Assembly (NCBI GenBank): GCA_964517135.1
Contig: CAZFBA010000004.1
Location: forward strand, 68,360 to 132,359
Source: an uncultured Gammaproteobacteria bacterium
GTDB lineage: Bacteria > Cyanobacteriota > Vampirovibrionia > JBFMGH01
Reading direction: 5' to 3'
Length of the DNA stretch: 64,000 nucleotides
The notes under the pieces are model-generated. The model worked only from the letters and a program-made list of their open reading frames with translations. It was not told the origin of the DNA and made no database searches. The position numbers were made by a program, and so were the translations under genes. Positions 20,393 through 29,247 of the stretch are shown here, piece by piece. Each line of letters opens with the position of its first letter. The first letter of the stretch is position 1.

Positions 20393-20920
20393 CTCAAGAA
20401 TTTCACTGTATATATTATGTATAATGATTGTAAATAAACAACATCCCTGACAAGATAATTGTTCTGGTATTTCTTTAACCTTATTAGAGAGAGAATTAGA
20501 GTTTTTATGGTACTGAAAGTTTTGAAAGCATTATCAGGTGCGTCTATTAAGTGACAGTTAGTTTTTATCTATTAACCTAAACTGTTTAAGCTAGTTTTAA
20601 CGCTTAAAAATTATGCAAAAAGGTAATTTAACCTGCATCAAAATTCATTTTCATAATGCTTTTCAAAATACTTAATTTAATGCACGACTCTCAACATCGT
20701 CTAAATATGCGTAAAATCAGTTATTATTCACGAAGTATCTTGAGAGAGAATGGAATACCTCCTGTTCCATGCCCGCTCTCTTTCATTAACACAATGAAGA
20801 CTAAATATTGTGCGAGGTTTGAACATTAAGAGGAGTGTAAAAGATGTCATCTACAGTATTTAACCCGGGCTAGCTCCTTTAACTGAACTAATAATTCAGT
20901 ATTTAGTCTAATGACTATAT
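20393..20920 (+). promoter_or_regulatory. Promoter and long structured leader, copy B
   Basis: TATAAT at 20420-20425; homologous to 18760-19140; hairpin 20742-20781, stem 20799-20810/20897-20908. Confidence 0.6.
20844..20873 (+). CDS. Candidate 9-aa leader peptide MSSTVFNPG
   Basis: SD AGAGGAG 8 nt before ATG; the SD can pair with CTCCT immediately after the stop. Confidence 0.3.
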   Translation: MSSTVFNPG

Positions 20921-20929
20921 AAAAATCTA

Positions 20930-21436
20930 GTGACAAAGAGGAGAGAAAACGTGATAAGGGATCATCTTTACAACTACGGCATTGAAGACTCAGAAGATAA
21001 GCTGAACTTTATCAACAGAAACATTGCAAAAAACATTATGACACTTGCTGTAAATATGCTTGATGAATCCAAATTGAATAAAGTTCAAAGCATGCTTTTA
21101 AGTCTAACCAGCTCAGAGCTCAGATCACTAAAAAATTACCTTGATTATCAAAAATATCGCTGTAAAGCTTTTTTGAATACTCAAGAGTATCGCATCATAA
21201 AAGAGATATCAAAAATTGTTCTGTATTCCAGACCTCAGGACCCCTATCTTAAAGAAATTTTAGATGAATATAATGCAAACCTGTCTTTTATAGAAGAATT
21301 GAAAGGAAAAACAACCCAGACAGACAACCCCAAAACACTAAACAAGCTCTATAAAACCATGGATGCCATCAACAAAAGGAATACGGAACTCATTGAAGAG
21401 GTTAACAACTACAAAAAAAGAAAGGAGGATTCATAG
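20930..21436 (+). CDS. Hypothetical helical / coiled-coil protein
   Basis: ORF; likely start is GTG at 20952 behind SD GAGGAGAG. Confidence 0.7.
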   Translation: MTKRRENVIRDHLYNYGIEDSEDKLNFINRNIAKNIMTLAVNMLDESKLNKVQSMLLSLTSSELRSLKNYLDYQKYRCKAFLNTQEYRIIKEISKIVLYSRPQDPYLKEILDEYNANLSFIEELKGKTTQTDNPKTLNKLYKTMDAINKRNTELIEEVNNYKKRKEDS

Positions 21437-21562
21437 ACGAAAACCCCTTTTAAATGTTTACTCTTAAAGATTGAAAGGAAATAATACTTTTTATTTACAA
21501 AACAGAGAGGAGACTAACAACTTACAAAATCTCTTTATTCATATCCCGAGGAGGTGTCTTTA

Positions 21563-21733
21563 ATGCAAAATATTGAAACCTTAATGAAAGAACTAAATCT
21601 TGGCGACGAAATCATCTCAAATACACTTTTAAAGATTGATTTCATCTGCACCAAAAACGGTTACAGAGAGGATGTAAGAAATCTGCAGGCTTTAACCCTC
21701 ACCGGCAACGGCGACGGTAACGGAAATAACTAA
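21563..21733 (+). CDS. Small 56-aa protein not in the ORF track (MQNIETLMKELNLG...GNGDGNGNN)
   Basis: Very strong SD GAGGAGGTG 6 nt before ATG; fills the gap between co-directional genes. Confidence 0.65.
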   Translation: MQNIETLMKELNLGDEIISNTLLKIDFICTKNGYREDVRNLQALTLTGNGDGNGNN

Positions 21734-21787
21734 CCTTAAAGCATTTTAAACATCCTAACAGGTCAGTTAAAGAAGAGGAGAGAGAAA

Positions 21788-22678
21788 ATGACAGCATTTT
21801 CAGCTCAATTGCATCAGCACCAGTTAAATTTGATACAGCAAATGGGTAAATATCAAAACAGTGTAGCTGACTACAACTTCCAGAAGCTTATCAGATACTA
21901 TAAAGATGCAATAAATTCAGCGCAAACCTCACAGGAAGCAAGAGGACTGGCAGAATCACTTCAGGGTGTATTAGCCCAGAAAGGCCAGGGCCTTGCCGAT
22001 GTACAGGGTTTAAATACCAATCTGCTTAACGGAAACCAAAATCAGGCTAATCCGAATCAGGCTAACCCTATAGCAGGGAAGGCTGATGCCGGCAAGCAAA
22101 AAGGCAGCGAAGAAGACAAAAAGATCATTGCAGACCTCAGTCAGGAATATGGCATAGATGTTAAAAAAGCAGGCACCACAAAAGACTGGCTGGAAAAAGC
22201 TAAAACTGATCAAAATGTCAGAGTTCTTGATAATACTGGCAAAGATGTCACTGCTGAACGTGAAGGCAGAATCAAAAAAGGTGATATACTTGAAGTAAAT
22301 TCAAAACAACACGGTTTGGTAAGGATTTCTGTCGGCGGCGACGGTGAAATCAATGGCGGAGACGATAAAGTTATTATGAAAGGCGGCCAGGCTGCTGCAG
22401 GAAACATGATGGATGGTCTCAATCAGATTAACAACGTCCCGGGTCAGCAACAGGCCAACCCCGCACAACCAAACGCTGTTAATAACCTTGCTCAAGCTCT
22501 TGGTATTACACCTGATCAGGCTGTTCAAAACCAGTTAGCCATGAATCCGGATGCAACCAACCAGCAAGCTCTGTTTACTGAAGCTCAGATAAAAAGCCTG
22601 ATTGCTGCTATTTTGAATCAGTCATTGTCTGCTATTGAACAGAGACAATATATGCAACAAATGCAACAAGTTTTTTAA
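21788..22678 (+). CDS. Gln/Asn-rich hypothetical protein, paralog B
   Basis: MTAFSAQ.HQHQLNLI.QMGKYQNS N-terminus, GGDG.INGGDDK core and EAQIKSLIAAILNQSL C-terminus shared with 19308..20138. Confidence 0.85.
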   Translation: MTAFSAQLHQHQLNLIQQMGKYQNSVADYNFQKLIRYYKDAINSAQTSQEARGLAESLQGVLAQKGQGLADVQGLNTNLLNGNQNQANPNQANPIAGKADAGKQKGSEEDKKIIADLSQEYGIDVKKAGTTKDWLEKAKTDQNVRVLDNTGKDVTAEREGRIKKGDILEVNSKQHGLVRISVGGDGEINGGDDKVIMKGGQAAAGNMMDGLNQINNVPGQQQANPAQPNAVNNLAQALGITPDQAVQNQLAMNPDATNQQALFTEAQIKSLIAAILNQSLSAIEQRQYMQQMQQVF

Positions 22679-22693
22679 GCTTTAGAAACCTTA

Positions 22694-22878
22694 TATAAGA
22701 GATCAGTGCATAACTTAAAAAAATCGATTTTCAAACCCAGATCCCGCCCACCCTAAAGGAAGGCATTGGGTCTCACTCACAGGCTATGCCTGCTCGTTCA
22801 ACCCATATATTAAATTTATATTTTTTGAAAATCGAAAACAATAAATTTGTCATTCTGGTTATGCATCAGTATTTATAA
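22694..22878. mobile_element. MITE-like non-coding element, copy 1
   Basis: About 185 bp; imperfect terminal IR (TGCATAAC / GTTATGCA), inner IR TCGATTTTCAAA / TTTGAAAATCGA; second copy at 52907-53095. Confidence 0.75.
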
Positions 22879-23021
22879 GAGAGTTTACTAAAATCTAAAA
22901 ACTATTTATACCTGAATCAGGCGTATTTATATATATATATCAGGTATCCTCTGTCAGGCTGATAGTCAGGCTCTGTAAACTGTAATCATTTTAGTAAAAC
23001 TATTAACAGAGGAGAGATTCT

Positions 23022-24008
23022 ATGGCATCATCAACCCAGGTTATTAATGCTCTTCAGCAAAGCCCTACGGGCATGAAGCTTCTTCAGGAAGCTCAAAGAA
23101 GAGGTGTACAGATTAATTTTGCACAAAATAACGGTGATAATGTACTCGGACAGTATAATCCGAATAATAATACAATAACTGTAGAGAATAACGACCTTGA
23201 AACAATGGTAGAAACGTTAGCGCATGAACTTGTACATGCGACGACCCCAGAAAATGGAAATTCTCTCAACGAAGAATATTCTGCTTTTGTCATAGGTGAA
23301 CAGGTAGCAAAAGAAGCCGGTGTCGACAATAACCCGCATAGTGCTGATTTCTGGAAAAATCACGTAGCCAATTCATATTCAGGTCTGGCAAAGGACAACG
23401 GTATCTTTGGTGCACTGAATGCACTTGGTATTGCAGCAAATGATGCACAGGCAGCAATAAAACCTGCCGCTCAGAATGCAGCAGCCCCAACATATGGTCA
23501 GGCAGCAGCGGCAGCAGCAAATATAACCCCGCAACAGGCTGCAACAGACCCCTTTACGTCTGCTATGAATCAGGCTAATAGCATTATTGGAGGACCTCAG
23601 GCCGCAGCGGCACCGGCTGCTACTGCTGATCAGGCTAACCCCTTGAACCAGGCTGACCCGCTGGCTGGTGGTAATCAACAGCTCATGCAGTTTATTATGA
23701 TGATCGTTCAGATGCTAATGCAGATGTTTGGCCAGATGATGGGCGGTATGGGCCAGCAACAAGACCCTCTGATGCCACAAACTAACCCGTTAAACCCGTT
23801 AAATCCGGTTACTCCGCAGGCTACACCTCAGGCTGCTCCTGCACAAAGACAGGTGTGTGCAAAGTGTGGCGGAGCTGGATGTGACGTTTGTGGTGGTAAA
23901 GGCTATATTCAGCAGGCTCAGGCCCCTCAGCATATGATAAATCCGCAGTATCAAATAGAAAACAAGCAACAACCATTTATGATGACGGCGTTTAATATTA
24001 CTGCATAA
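23022..24008 (+). CDS. Zincin-like (HExxH) metallopeptidase domain with Gln/Ala/Met-rich region and C4 zinc finger
   Basis: GQYNPNNNTITV...TLAHELVHA...NEEYSAF; CAKCGGAGCDVCGGKG; no signal peptide. Confidence 0.8.
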   Translation: MASSTQVINALQQSPTGMKLLQEAQRRGVQINFAQNNGDNVLGQYNPNNNTITVENNDLETMVETLAHELVHATTPENGNSLNEEYSAFVIGEQVAKEAGVDNNPHSADFWKNHVANSYSGLAKDNGIFGALNALGIAANDAQAAIKPAAQNAAAPTYGQAAAAAANITPQQAATDPFTSAMNQANSIIGGPQAAAAPAATADQANPLNQADPLAGGNQQLMQFIMMIVQMLMQMFGQMMGGMGQQQDPLMPQTNPLNPLNPVTPQATPQAAPAQRQVCAKCGGAGCDVCGGKGYIQQAQAPQHMINPQYQIENKQQPFMMTAFNITA

Positions 24009-24124
24009 GTATATACAGATTCCCTTTACTCCTATCTGCTCTATATCTCTAGCTCTCCACTTGCTTAACAGGCACGTAAGTATCCTTGTGCCCCCACCCA
24101 AAAAAAAACTCATTCCCATCTTCG

Positions 24125-24150
24125 ACTCCTGCTACAGGAGTTTTTCTTTT
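24125..24150 (+). terminator. Intrinsic terminator
   Basis: ACTCCTG-CTA-CAGGAGT followed by TTTTCTTTT. Confidence 0.75.
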
Positions 24151-24279
24151 GCCTGTAATCCATAAGTTTTGCTTCTGGCTATGTTTGCGTTTTTTAAATC
24201 CATCTTGAGATTTCAGACCTTGCTCATCAGTTGATTTTAAAACTGAGATTCTACCATTTGTTTGCATAATATAAACGGC

Positions 24280-24942
24280 TTATCTCTGGTTGTTGGTTCT
24301 TGATAGTAAATTTTTAAACATTGTTTTGCACCAATCGTATGTGCAATTAACCTGTGATAGCCCCTTGCTGGTTTTTTGTATACACATTCCAGGAGAAGAA
24401 TATATGAGCATACTACCATCAGGCTCAAAGAGCATTTTCTTTTCATCTGAAAACTCTATTACTGCTGATTTCAAATTGCCCTCAGGGTATGAATACGCAT
24501 AATAACCTACAGGATATTTCTTTGAAGAGATTGTTGTAACAAGTTTGAGCTTACTTTCAGGATTAGTATTGCGGTAATCATAAGTATAAATAAACCTACT
24601 ATCTTTAACCTGATATTGATAATTTGGCAGGCAGGTTAAAAGGCCCTCACTGGTTTGTTTTGTTGTATTGGCAGTAGACATACCATTACAATGTGCTATA
24701 TTACTTTTAGAATCATTATCTCCTGGAGATAAATGATATATGTTTGCTGTTCTGGGAACTTTGTTTATGGTTTGTTCTTTGACAATACTTACAAAACGAA
24801 GAAAATCCTCTTTAATCTCTGCGAAAATACAATTATAAGATGTAACGAGCAGACAAATAAGTGTTATAACCCCTGTGTATACAATCTTTTTATTCATATT
24901 CCCCTCACCTGAGATCAACTCAAAACTTAAAAATATATACAT
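24280..24942 (-). CDS. Hypothetical exported protein
   Basis: Likely start MNKKIV (ATG at 24897, SD GAGGGG); N-terminal hydrophobic signal. Confidence 0.65.
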   Translation of the reverse strand: MYIFLSFELISGEGNMNKKIVYTGVITLICLLVTSYNCIFAEIKEDFLRFVSIVKEQTINKVPRTANIYHLSPGDNDSKSNIAHCNGMSTANTTKQTSEGLLTCLPNYQYQVKDSRFIYTYDYRNTNPESKLKLVTTISSKKYPVGYYAYSYPEGNLKSAVIEFSDEKKMLFEPDGSMLIYSSPGMCIQKTSKGLSQVNCTYDWCKTMFKNLLSRTNNQR

Positions 24943-25010
24943 TTAAATTTTATATTAAATGGTAAAAAAATTAAACAGGGGACTTGCCCGGAATAGTTTA
25001 AAACTCTTCA

Positions 25011-25094
25011 TTATATAATCAATGTCATAAGTAATCAGATTTCAGAAAATTGGAGACTTTTAGAATTGTTTAATTTTTTATGTCGTTTAGTATA
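25011..25094. repeat. Dispersed ~84-bp intergenic repeat, copy 1
   Basis: TATAATCAA.GTCATAAGTAATCAGATTTCAGAAAAT..GGAGACTTTTAGAATTGTTTAATTTTTTATGT.GTTTAGTATA; copies at 29248 and 33990. Confidence 0.85.
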
Positions 25095-25302
25095 GTTACA
25101 AATGATTAGCATTTTAAACCCTCTAGAATAAATAAACTATAAATTGATGAATAATTCGGGTTAATGAATCGGTAAAATATAATCCAAAATATCAATTTTT
25201 ATACTAAAATAACCTTTAAAGAAAACTTCATTGACAAAAATCTAATTAATCACCAGTCAGATTAAATCACGATCAATACAAATAAAAGAAAAGGAAACAA
25301 AA

Positions 25303-25653
25303 ATGAAGGGCATCAACATTCAAAAAATGCTTAAACAGGCACAGAAAATGCAAAACGCTATGAACACAGTGCAGGAAGAACTCTCAACAGTAGAAGTAGA
25401 AGGGTCAGCAGGTGGCGGCATAGTAACAGTAAAGTATAACGGCAAAGGTGAATTTCATTCTATCAAATTAACAGCTGATGCAATAAACCCTGAAAACCCT
25501 GAGAGTGTATCAGAAGAAGACATTGAAGCATTAGAAGATCTAATTACCAGTGCGATTAAAGATGCTTCCAGCAAAGCCAATCAGCTTGCACAGGATAAAA
25601 TGTCATCCGTTACTGGTGGAATGGATCTCAACCTGCCACCCGGTCTGTTTTAA
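25303..25653 (+). CDS. ybaB: YbaB/EbfC nucleoid-associated protein
   Basis: KQAQKMQ, VEGSAGGGIVTV, LEDLITSA; directly upstream of recR. Confidence 0.93.
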   Translation: MKGINIQKMLKQAQKMQNAMNTVQEELSTVEVEGSAGGGIVTVKYNGKGEFHSIKLTADAINPENPESVSEEDIEALEDLITSAIKDASSKANQLAQDKMSSVTGGMDLNLPPGLF

Positions 25654-25656
25654 ACT

Positions 25657-26250
25657 ATGGAATACACAAAACCTCTCGCACGTTTAATTGAAGAATTTCA
25701 AAAATTCCCAGGTGTGGGGCCAAAATCAGCCCAGAGGATGGCTTTTTTTCTCTTAAAAAAAAGCGATGTCGAAGTAAAACAATTTGCTGAATCCATTCTT
25801 GAAGCAAAAACACTTATAACTTATTGCCCTGTATGCTATAATATGAGTTCTCAACAACCCTGCGAAATTTGCTCAAACAAAAAACGTGACCGGGAAATCA
25901 TCTGTGTTGTTGCTGATACGAAAGACCTTATAGCCCTTGAAAGAACCAGAGAATATAGAGGGCTTTATCACGTTTTACAGGGTTTAATCTCGCCACTTGA
26001 AGGTATAGGGCCAGATAGTCTGCGTGTTTCTGAACTGCTAAGGAGGCTGGAAGACGAAGTTCAAGAGGTTATTCTGGCAATAAATAATTCAGTTGAAGGT
26101 GACGCAACTGTTTTATATATTCATAAACTTATAAAACCTTTTGGCAAAAAAGTTACTCGAATTGCTTTTGGTCTGCCTGTAGGAAGCGATCTTGAATATG
26201 CAGACGAAATAACACTTACAAAGGCACTCGAAGGAAGACATGAGATTTAA
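25657..26250 (+). CDS. recR: Recombination mediator RecR
   Basis: PGVGPKSAQR, C4 zinc finger, Toprim YHVL.G.ISP, TRIAFGLPVG. Confidence 0.97.
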   Translation: MEYTKPLARLIEEFQKFPGVGPKSAQRMAFFLLKKSDVEVKQFAESILEAKTLITYCPVCYNMSSQQPCEICSNKKRDREIICVVADTKDLIALERTREYRGLYHVLQGLISPLEGIGPDSLRVSELLRRLEDEVQEVILAINNSVEGDATVLYIHKLIKPFGKKVTRIAFGLPVGSDLEYADEITLTKALEGRHEI

Positions 26251-26674
26251 TTCAATGGAAATTATTATCTCTAAAGATAAAATAACCCGAGAACATCTAA
26301 AAAGCCTTTATAATGAAAATTCTATAGAAATGTCAGGCAATTATGACATTGAAAAAGTATATAATGCCATAAAAAATTCTTATCTAGTTGCAGGTATCTG
26401 GAACAGTGATGTATTAAAAGGCTTTTGCCGTATTATTTCTGACGGAATTTACTTTGCCAGAATACAAGAACTTATACTTTCACCGGATATAAGAGAAACA
26501 GATGACATTATTACAGAATTGTTAAACGCAGTATTCAACGAATGTAAAGGTATAAAAAGTTTTCATATGAACCCGGGAGTTTACGAAAAAAAAGAAATTT
26601 ATACACGCAAACACAGCTCTCTTACACCCCGGCTGCGCAAAATATACTGGTCAATTCACGAAGATGAGTTTTAA
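26240..26674 (+). CDS. GNAT-like protein, divergent
   Basis: AIKNSY...GFCRIISDG..ARIQELIL.P resembles GNAT acetyltransferases; acetyl-CoA motif degenerate. Confidence 0.6.
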   Translation: MRFNSMEIIISKDKITREHLKSLYNENSIEMSGNYDIEKVYNAIKNSYLVAGIWNSDVLKGFCRIISDGIYFARIQELILSPDIRETDDIITELLNAVFNECKGIKSFHMNPGVYEKKEIYTRKHSSLTPRLRKIYWSIHEDEF

Positions 26675-26847
26675 CAAAAAGCTTTTCCATAGCAATAAGC
26701 TCCTTCAAGGGCCCAGGAAGAGCCTTTTGAAGCCCACTGAGTAGCTGCTTTAAATCCTTCTTTTGTGTTTGGAAATTCCTGAAAACGGTTGTCCTGATAG
26801 CACGCAAGGGTATTTTTGTGACAATCTACGCCTACAAATTTTTTCAT
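26671..26847 (-). pseudogene. Truncated IS110-family transposase, N-terminal DEDD domain fragment (58 aa)
   Basis: Manual translation MKKFVGVDCHKNTLACYQDNRFQEFPNTKEGFKAATQWASKGSSWALEGAYCYGKAFC*; VG(V)D.HK, F.NT..G, W..EG...YG motifs; SD AGGAGG. Confidence 0.8.
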
Positions 26848-27031
26848 TTTCGGTGTATCCTCCTATTGTTATGTAATTTTGATAGGTGTTTTAATGGACA
26901 ATCCTGTTTATAGTTGTTTCGACAGGTATTTCTTAAGTCTTATTAACTTCCTTTTATTATAGATTATCATTTTTTTATAGATAAACAGGCGGGAACTTGC
27001 TGCGACGAAGCCCGAAAAATCTCCTACAAAC

Positions 27032-27235
27032 AGATCCTTCGCTGCGCTAAGGATGACTCAAAAGTTCTAAAGAGACTAATAACTACCGGAGCGAACTTAG
27101 TTCGCTCCTGAGAGAGTTTTATTTCGGGACAATTCAGGTATTCAATAAACTATTATCATTGATAGGAAGGCTTTTAGTCTGACGTGATAATCCAGAATAA
27201 ACATTTGATAGATCCTTCGCTTCGTTCACAAAGAC
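27032..27235. repeat. Cluster of REP-like short repeats
   Basis: AGATCCTTCGCTGCGCTAAGGATGAC (27032-27057), AGATCCTTCGCTTCGTTCAC (about 27210), palindrome GGAGCGAACT-T-AGTTCGCTCC (27088-27108). Confidence 0.65.
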
Positions 27236-27353
27236 TTTTATGGCCTGTTGATTGCGATTCGATATCAGATTCAGTCCCTGTTTTTGCTGTAATCAGTAAT
27301 CAGAGGTTCTGGTAAGAATCCTGACTAAAAAAATGTGTTATCAATTTTTGGCT

Positions 27354-29123
27354 TTACTGTTGAAGTGTTCCAAGTTGACTATTCATATAACCACTTTGTG
27401 ACTGCATTTTACTGATTGCTTCTTCCATGGCAGCAAACTGCCTTTTAAGTTGCTCTTCTTTTTTATCAAGACTCTCAAGGGCTCTTGCAATGCTTTTATT
27501 CAGGTCTTTGATTTGATTATTTATAGCCTCATCCCGTGCTGCAAAGAAACCGTTAACACTATCGAGAGAGCCATCAGTAGTAGTTTTTAGTTTTTGCATA
27601 ACACCGGTAATATTTGTTGTTGTATTACCCAGAAACAGGTCTCTAACAGCCTCAGGATCCTGATTGAGCTTGTCAATAAAGGCATTTTTGTCAAATTGCA
27701 ATTTTTTTGGTGCATCCCCTTCCATGCCAACCTTACCAGTTGTAATTCCAACAGAAGCAAGAGATATAAGATCTGAATTTGCTACAAGATCAGTTACCTG
27801 TTGTCTCAGGTTATTTCTAAATCTAATCATTGCGTTATCACCGGCCAGAGCTCCTGTTTTAGAGTCTACCTGCTGGTCAATATAACTTATAACGCTGTTA
27901 AAATCATCAACAAACTTTTGTACTGCATCTACCAGTTTATCAGTATCCTGTTGAATAGAGATGGTTACATCGCTACCACCTGATGGTGCAATAAGTTTGA
28001 GTGTAACATCTTTAATACCGGTGACGGCGTCTGTTACAGTATTTGATGTACTTTCTATGATGGGGCCGCCGTTAATCTGGAAGGTGGCATTTTGTCCCAG
28101 TGTCTGGTATGCAAGCGAATCACCGGGCTGAATCATGTTTACGGCACTTAAGAAATTTGAAGTATCTCCTGGTGCACCTAATGTAATAGCTACTTTGCCC
28201 GGGTCTTTAGAAACAAACTCAATTTTATTGGTTCTTATGTTATATGTTGCTGTAACATTGGCATTGGCGTCACTATTAATCTTGTTCATCAGGCCTTCAA
28301 GGGTTGTTGAAGCGTCAATAGTAAATGTTGATCCGCCAATAGTCACTGTACCGGCAGTCACAGCTGTCTGAAGGTTTGCTGCGTTATCTGTGAGTGTTCC
28401 AGCTGTTTTAATAGCTGATAGCGGGTTTGCACTGAGGAGATCATCACCCACATATGTTCCTACGTCAAGCTGTGTAACAGCTAAGAAATTTGAGGTATCT
28501 CCATTAGAGCCAACGGTGATTGTTCCGGCTCCTAGATTCTGAAGTGTTACTATACCTCCGGCAATAGATGCATTAATCTGTCCACCAAATGCAGCATTAA
28601 TGTTTCCAAGCACAGCATCTACATCATCGCCACTATTAACAGTGATTTCCTGGGCATTGCCATCATAGTATACTGTGAATGTACCTGCTTTTCCTGCGCC
28701 ATTAGCCATATCACTAACCAGTGTAGTGCCATTAACAAGGTTTGCAACATTTCCTGTTGATGAGCCAGAGCCAAGACTTTCTGCTTTTGTTGCTGTAGCT
28801 ATGGTTAAAATGTTTAAATCAAGCGTTTGATTAGCTGCTTTTGATCCTGCAGTTGCGGTTGCGATGCTTTCATTTGATGAGGTGGTCTTTTTGGCCTTAA
28901 AAAGATCCATTGAGGTTGTGATATTACCGTCAGTTAATTTTTGTATAGAGCTATTAAGAGTTTTTACTCTTGTTTCAACATTATCGACATACGTTCTCGA
29001 TTTTGAAAGATCGCTTATACGCTGTTCCATCAAATCGATGGGACGTCTTTCAATTGCGAGCAACTGATCTATAATATCGTTTACCGGTAAACCTGATGCC
29101 AGACCACTGAAGGAAATACTCAT
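27354..29123 (-). CDS. fliD: Flagellar filament cap protein FliD (start reassigned to MSISFSG)
   Basis: ISFSGLASGL...IIDQLLAIER N-terminus; FVDDFNSV, GALAGD, LKRQFAAME..ISKMQSQ C-terminus. Confidence 0.93.
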   Translation of the reverse strand: MSISFSGLASGLPVNDIIDQLLAIERRPIDLMEQRISDLSKSRTYVDNVETRVKTLNSSIQKLTDGNITTSMDLFKAKKTTSSNESIATATAGSKAANQTLDLNILTIATATKAESLGSGSSTGNVANLVNGTTLVSDMANGAGKAGTFTVYYDGNAQEITVNSGDDVDAVLGNINAAFGGQINASIAGGIVTLQNLGAGTITVGSNGDTSNFLAVTQLDVGTYVGDDLLSANPLSAIKTAGTLTDNAANLQTAVTAGTVTIGGSTFTIDASTTLEGLMNKINSDANANVTATYNIRTNKIEFVSKDPGKVAITLGAPGDTSNFLSAVNMIQPGDSLAYQTLGQNATFQINGGPIIESTSNTVTDAVTGIKDVTLKLIAPSGGSDVTISIQQDTDKLVDAVQKFVDDFNSVISYIDQQVDSKTGALAGDNAMIRFRNNLRQQVTDLVANSDLISLASVGITTGKVGMEGDAPKKLQFDKNAFIDKLNQDPEAVRDLFLGNTTTNITGVMQKLKTTTDGSLDSVNGFFAARDEAINNQIKDLNKSIARALESLDKKEEQLKRQFAAMEEAISKMQSQSGYMNSQLGTLQQ

Positions 29124-29247
29124 AAGCTTATTTATCCCTGTTAATAGATGAAACCCTATTATTAATAATAAGATGTGTTGCAAGTATTATCATCCACTAG
29201 CTATAGTATTTATAATATTATGCCCGCACAGGTTACATTTTAAACGC

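Noticed and set aside
22926-22940. (TA)n run inside an ATACCTGA/TCAGGTAT inverted repeat as a phase-variation tract
   Set aside because: Short and expected in AT-rich DNA; no evidence of length variation from a single sequence
26622-26807. 61-aa minus-strand ORF in the track
   Set aside because: Wrong frame; the frame with an SD and IS110 motifs is 26671-26847
29100-29123. FliD begins ISFSG, matching the F-x-G motif
   Set aside because: This is an ordinary conserved FliD N-terminus, so it is not independent evidence for the leader
29124-29183. N-terminal extension of fliD in the ORF track
   Set aside because: The conserved FliD N-terminus and an SD fit ATG at 29123
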